A program made the position numbers and the translations under genes. The notes below the pieces were generated by a model. It made no database searches. It saw nothing but the letters and a program-made list of their open reading frames with translations, and was not told where the DNA came from. From Ferroacidibacillus organovorans (lineage in GTDB: Bacteria > Bacillota > Bacilli > Alicyclobacillales > SLC66), in assembly GCF_001642725.1 (NCBI RefSeq), contig NZ_LSUQ01000002.1, positions 62,001 through 126,000 on the forward strand: a DNA stretch of 64,000 nt. Reading direction: 5' to 3'. Below are positions 59,797 to 64,000 of this stretch, piece by piece; position 1 is the stretch's first letter, and the number at the start of each line of letters is the position of its first letter.

Positions 59797-61348
59797 CGCC
59801 AACCCCACTGCCAGCCTCATCACGTCCGTGTGCCGGACAAAATCCGACCTGAACGAGGCTGAGATCAAGGAAATCGTCCGCGTCGCCGGCCACTTGCAGA
59901 TGATGGCTGATCTCAACGGATCCGACGTGTTTATCGACTGCCTCTGGAGAGGGCGTGAAGACCAAGCTGTCGTCGTCGCTCAGGCTAAACCGGCAACTGG
60001 AAAGAGCCTCTACTCTGAGTTCATCGTCGGGCAACGCATCCTGCGCGACAACGAGCCCGGCGTCTTTTACGCTTTCCAGACCGACAAGTATGTGACTGGC
60101 ACCCGCGCCATCACGAACGAGAATGTCACGATCCAGCAGAAAATCCTGCCGATTCATGGGCCAGGCAGGAAGTCCAGAGCGACAGGCGTACTCGGCACAG
60201 GTGTCCACGCCACATCCGACACCTATGTTGGCGACACCTCCTCTACACCTGCCACCGCCTCCCCCAGTCGACTCATCGGTGTCATAATCCTCGAACAGGA
60301 CATCTCTACGCAGGTCATTCAGGAGCAAGCGGCACGCTTGTTCCAACAGACAGCGGAGGACCTCGGTGAAACCCTGTGGGAAGTCGCCGTTGCCGAGATT
60401 AACCTGCCGAGCCTTATCCATGAGGGTGTCATCCTGTGCAATTCGGAACATCTATTTACTTACATCAACCCTACAGCACGCCAATGGTTCGAGAAATTAC
60501 GGCAGCCAAGGCCAGAGATGGGCTCGCCGCTCGCATCCGTGTTTTCCGGAGTGCTAGAACATGTGCTTCAGAATGCGCACGACCGTGGCGTAGAGGCGCG
60601 CGAGTTTACCTTTGGCGACAATACCGTACTCGTGAAGGCCATCTCCATTCAACGAAAAGGAACATTTAAAGGCGGTCTGATTCTCCTCTCGGACATTACG
60701 GAACTGCGTGACAAGGAGCGTCAGCTATCCATCAAGTCGGCGGTTATAAAGGAGATCCACCATCGCGTTAAGAACAACCTTCAGACCATCTCGAGCCTGC
60801 TACGGTTGCAGATGCGGAGGACGAAATCAGAGGAGATCCGTACCGCGTTTTATGACAGCATCCACCGCATCAAAACCATCGCGCTTGTGCACCAGACGCT
60901 TTCGCAAAGCGGGATTGAGTTCGTTGAACTCCGCCAGTTGATAGAGTCCATCGCGTCGATGTTGATCCAAACCGCTGGCCATCCTGACCGAATGGTGTCG
61001 TATCGTGTAGAGGCAGACGACATTTCGCTGCCGTCAGAAAAGGCGACGCCAGTGGCATTGATTCTGAACGAACTCATTCAAAACTGTCTCGATCACGCCT
61101 TTGAACACCAAACCGCTTGCCGAATCACAGTGTCCGTGGTATATGGTGATGGCGAACTCCGATTGGTCGTTCAAGACAACGGACAAGGCTGGGATCTGCT
61201 CAAGAGCGGCGAAGCGTTAGGGACTCGCATCGTCGAAACCCTGGTGACCGAAGATTTGAGCGGCCGTATCGACTACGCGAATTGTGATGGCATGCGCGTT
61301 ACCGTGTGTCTCCCCATTCGTTGGACGACTCCTGGAATTCCCAGCTGA
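59783..61348 (+). CDS. Soluble sensor histidine kinase (EutW/PdtaS-like, HisKA_2)
   Basis: MADL..SDVFIDC, VVAQAKP, EIHHRVKNNLQ, NELIQN, DNGQG; ATG 59783 overlaps the regulator's end. Confidence 0.92.
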   Translation: MESVDANPTASLITSVCRTKSDLNEAEIKEIVRVAGHLQMMADLNGSDVFIDCLWRGREDQAVVVAQAKPATGKSLYSEFIVGQRILRDNEPGVFYAFQTDKYVTGTRAITNENVTIQQKILPIHGPGRKSRATGVLGTGVHATSDTYVGDTSSTPATASPSRLIGVIILEQDISTQVIQEQAARLFQQTAEDLGETLWEVAVAEINLPSLIHEGVILCNSEHLFTYINPTARQWFEKLRQPRPEMGSPLASVFSGVLEHVLQNAHDRGVEAREFTFGDNTVLVKAISIQRKGTFKGGLILLSDITELRDKERQLSIKSAVIKEIHHRVKNNLQTISSLLRLQMRRTKSEEIRTAFYDSIHRIKTIALVHQTLSQSGIEFVELRQLIESIASMLIQTAGHPDRMVSYRVEADDISLPSEKATPVALILNELIQNCLDHAFEHQTACRITVSVVYGDGELRLVVQDNGQGWDLLKSGEALGTRIVETLVTEDLSGRIDYANCDGMRVTVCLPIRWTTPGIPS

Positions 61349-61511
61349 ATGTCGTTACTGTAGCAAATAATCCACGTGCTATAGGTATATTTGAAATTGT
61401 CCACATGGAGTTACCATTTCGACTTGAAAGTAGGTTTATTCGGAGAAACTTAACGGAATCTTAATGGACGAACTCGTCATAGCCAAGCTACCTTGGATAG
61501 GTACAACCTGT

Positions 61512-61919
61512 TTATAATCTGTTATAGATTTCATTCTCGACAGCTTCCAACCATTCCGGCGTACCTGCAGTGATTGCTATGTGTTCAAACCAGCTGTCTT
61601 TTGTGGCACCATGCCAGTGTTTTACACCATCCTGTGTGACAATCACATCACCAGCTTTTAAGCTTTGAGCAGGCTTTCCTTCTTCCTGGTACCAACCCTC
61701 GCCACCAGTCACTAATAAAAGTTGAAACCCGTTCCGATGAATATGCCAGTTGTTTCTGCAACCAGGCTCAAAGGTTACATTCCCAACGCCAACATTCACT
61801 TGCAGATCAGCAACTAATGTTTGGAGGTAACTTTGTCCCACAAAATATTGTGCATATGCCTCATTTTTCTCTCCCACTGGAAAAATGACACCATTTTTTA
61901 CTTCTTCATATTTTGCCAT
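61512..61919 (-). CDS. Cupin domain protein
   Basis: VTFEPGCRNNWHIH, KHWHGA. Confidence 0.9.
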   Translation of the reverse strand: MAKYEEVKNGVIFPVGEKNEAYAQYFVGQSYLQTLVADLQVNVGVGNVTFEPGCRNNWHIHRNGFQLLLVTGGEGWYQEEGKPAQSLKAGDVIVTQDGVKHWHGATKDSWFEHIAITAGTPEWLEAVENEIYNRL

Positions 61920-62220
61920 TGTAAAACACCCTTTCTTCGTTTTCTGGAATGACTTCATTGACGCAAGCGAGTGCGTTCAGCGTTCTCGGAAAGCCCATAT
62001 ACGGGAGGCTATGTATAATGGCAGCGATCATGGTTTCCTTGCTATTTCCCACATTGAGGTTGCCCTGCACATGTGCCTTTACTTGCCCTTCGCAGCCTCC
62101 TAAACTGCTTACGACGCACAGTGTCAGCAACTCCCGCGTTTTCAAATCGATAATTCCTATTCTGATGTCCGATGGTTCTTCAATGCAACAAGAAACAGGG
62201 CACGATTTAAGCTGGCCCAT
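61906..62220 (-). pseudogene. Carboxymuconolactone decarboxylase family, C-terminal fragment
   Basis: DLKTRELLTL...QVKAHVQGNLNVGN...PYMGFPRTLNA; the N-terminal part does not look homologous. Confidence 0.6.
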
Positions 62221-62229
62221 TTCTTGTGT

Positions 62230-63210
62230 TCAAATTGCACCAACAACTCGATGCGGCACATAGGGCTCTTCTAAATGTGCAATTTCTTCAGATGTTAACC
62301 GAAGCGAGAGTGCGGCAACCGCATCATCAAGGTGGGAGGATTTCGTAGCGCCGATAATTGCGGCGGTGACCGGCTGTTTCTGTAACAACCACGCAAGTGC
62401 GATGTGAGCGCGGGGAACTCCATGCTTAGAAGCCAGTTCAGCCACTCGGTCTATAATGACTTGATCAGCGTCCGCCATCGCATCGTATTTCCTCTTTTGA
62501 ACTTGATCCGTTTCAGCACGATGTGTTTTTTCCCCCTGGTCCCGCGTCAATCTTCCAGATGCAAGCGGGCTATATGGAATCACACCGATCTTCTCTTCCC
62601 TGCAAAGGGGTAGCATCTCCCGTTCCTCTTCACGGTAGATGAGGTTTAGATGGTTTTGCATCGATACAAACCGAGTCCACCCGTTTTCCTCGGCGACATT
62701 CAGTGCCTTTAAAAACTGCCACGCATACATCGCAGAAGCGCCAATGTATCTTACTTTTCCTGCCTTCACCACATCATGAAGGGCTTCCATGGTTTCTTCG
62801 ATAGGCGTATTGTAATCCCAGCGATGAATCTGGTACAAATCAACGTAATCGGTTCCGAGTCTCTTGAGACTGTTGTCAATCTCCGTCATGATTGCCTTTC
62901 TTGACAGCCCAGCCCCATTTGGACCTTCATGCATCTGGAAAAAGACTTTCGTTGCGATGACAACTTCGTCTCGCTTGGCATAGTCCTTGAGTGCCCTTCC
63001 GACAAATTCTTCGCTGGTCCCATCCGAGTATACGTTGGCTGTATCGAAAAAATTGATTCCCAGATCGAGCGCCTGTTTCATAATCTGACGGCTGGTCTCT
63101 TCATCGCGTACCCACGGATGCGTCCAACGCTCCGCTACACCAAAGCCCATGCACCCAAGACAGATGCGAGATACATCCAAGCCAGTGCCTCCGAGTTTCA
63201 CATATTCCAT
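62230..63210 (-). CDS. Aldo/keto reductase (YajO-like)
   Basis: LGCMGFG, FDTANVYS, YQIHRWD, PYSPLASG. Confidence 0.93.
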   Translation of the reverse strand: MEYVKLGGTGLDVSRICLGCMGFGVAERWTHPWVRDEETSRQIMKQALDLGINFFDTANVYSDGTSEEFVGRALKDYAKRDEVVIATKVFFQMHEGPNGAGLSRKAIMTEIDNSLKRLGTDYVDLYQIHRWDYNTPIEETMEALHDVVKAGKVRYIGASAMYAWQFLKALNVAEENGWTRFVSMQNHLNLIYREEEREMLPLCREEKIGVIPYSPLASGRLTRDQGEKTHRAETDQVQKRKYDAMADADQVIIDRVAELASKHGVPRAHIALAWLLQKQPVTAAIIGATKSSHLDDAVAALSLRLTSEEIAHLEEPYVPHRVVGAI

Positions 63211-63267
63211 TTTCGCACCCCTTCTCTCAGCTCATTTGGCTTGCACCATTAGACTGCCAGCTCCGAT

Positions 63268-63999
<732 letters not shown>

Positions 64000-64000
64000 A

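Overview
A 64-kb chromosomal segment from a spore-forming Bacillota bacterium, probably an acidophilic member of Alicyclobacillaceae (inferred from a PepG1-type glutamic peptidase, cre sites and overall gene content). It is mostly metabolic and transport genes. In order: a GH43/GH2 sugar ABC locus, an AT-richer collagen-like protein and glycosyltransferase islet, a gabT-amidase pair, a regulator broken by one in-frame TGA, a beta-propeller plus MoaD/ThiS-like pair, a 29-44 kb block (two-component system, two UgpB-like ABC systems, ChrB-N/COG4280, HAD phosphatase, VIT1) and two GGDEF-EAL genes, one behind a c-di-GMP-I riboswitch. An IS3 relic follows. The most interesting locus (53.3-61.3 kb) is an amine permease, aldehyde dehydrogenase, GlnA4-like gamma-glutamyl ligase and SDR operon. 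It is followed by an EutV/EutW-like ANTAR two-component pair and preceded by an ANTAR-type hairpin that competes with a long terminator-like stem. This suggests an antitermination-controlled, metabolosome-free pathway for ethanolamine or another small amine. No rRNA, tRNA or CRISPR array was seen. Family assignments come from motif recognition by eye, not database searches.
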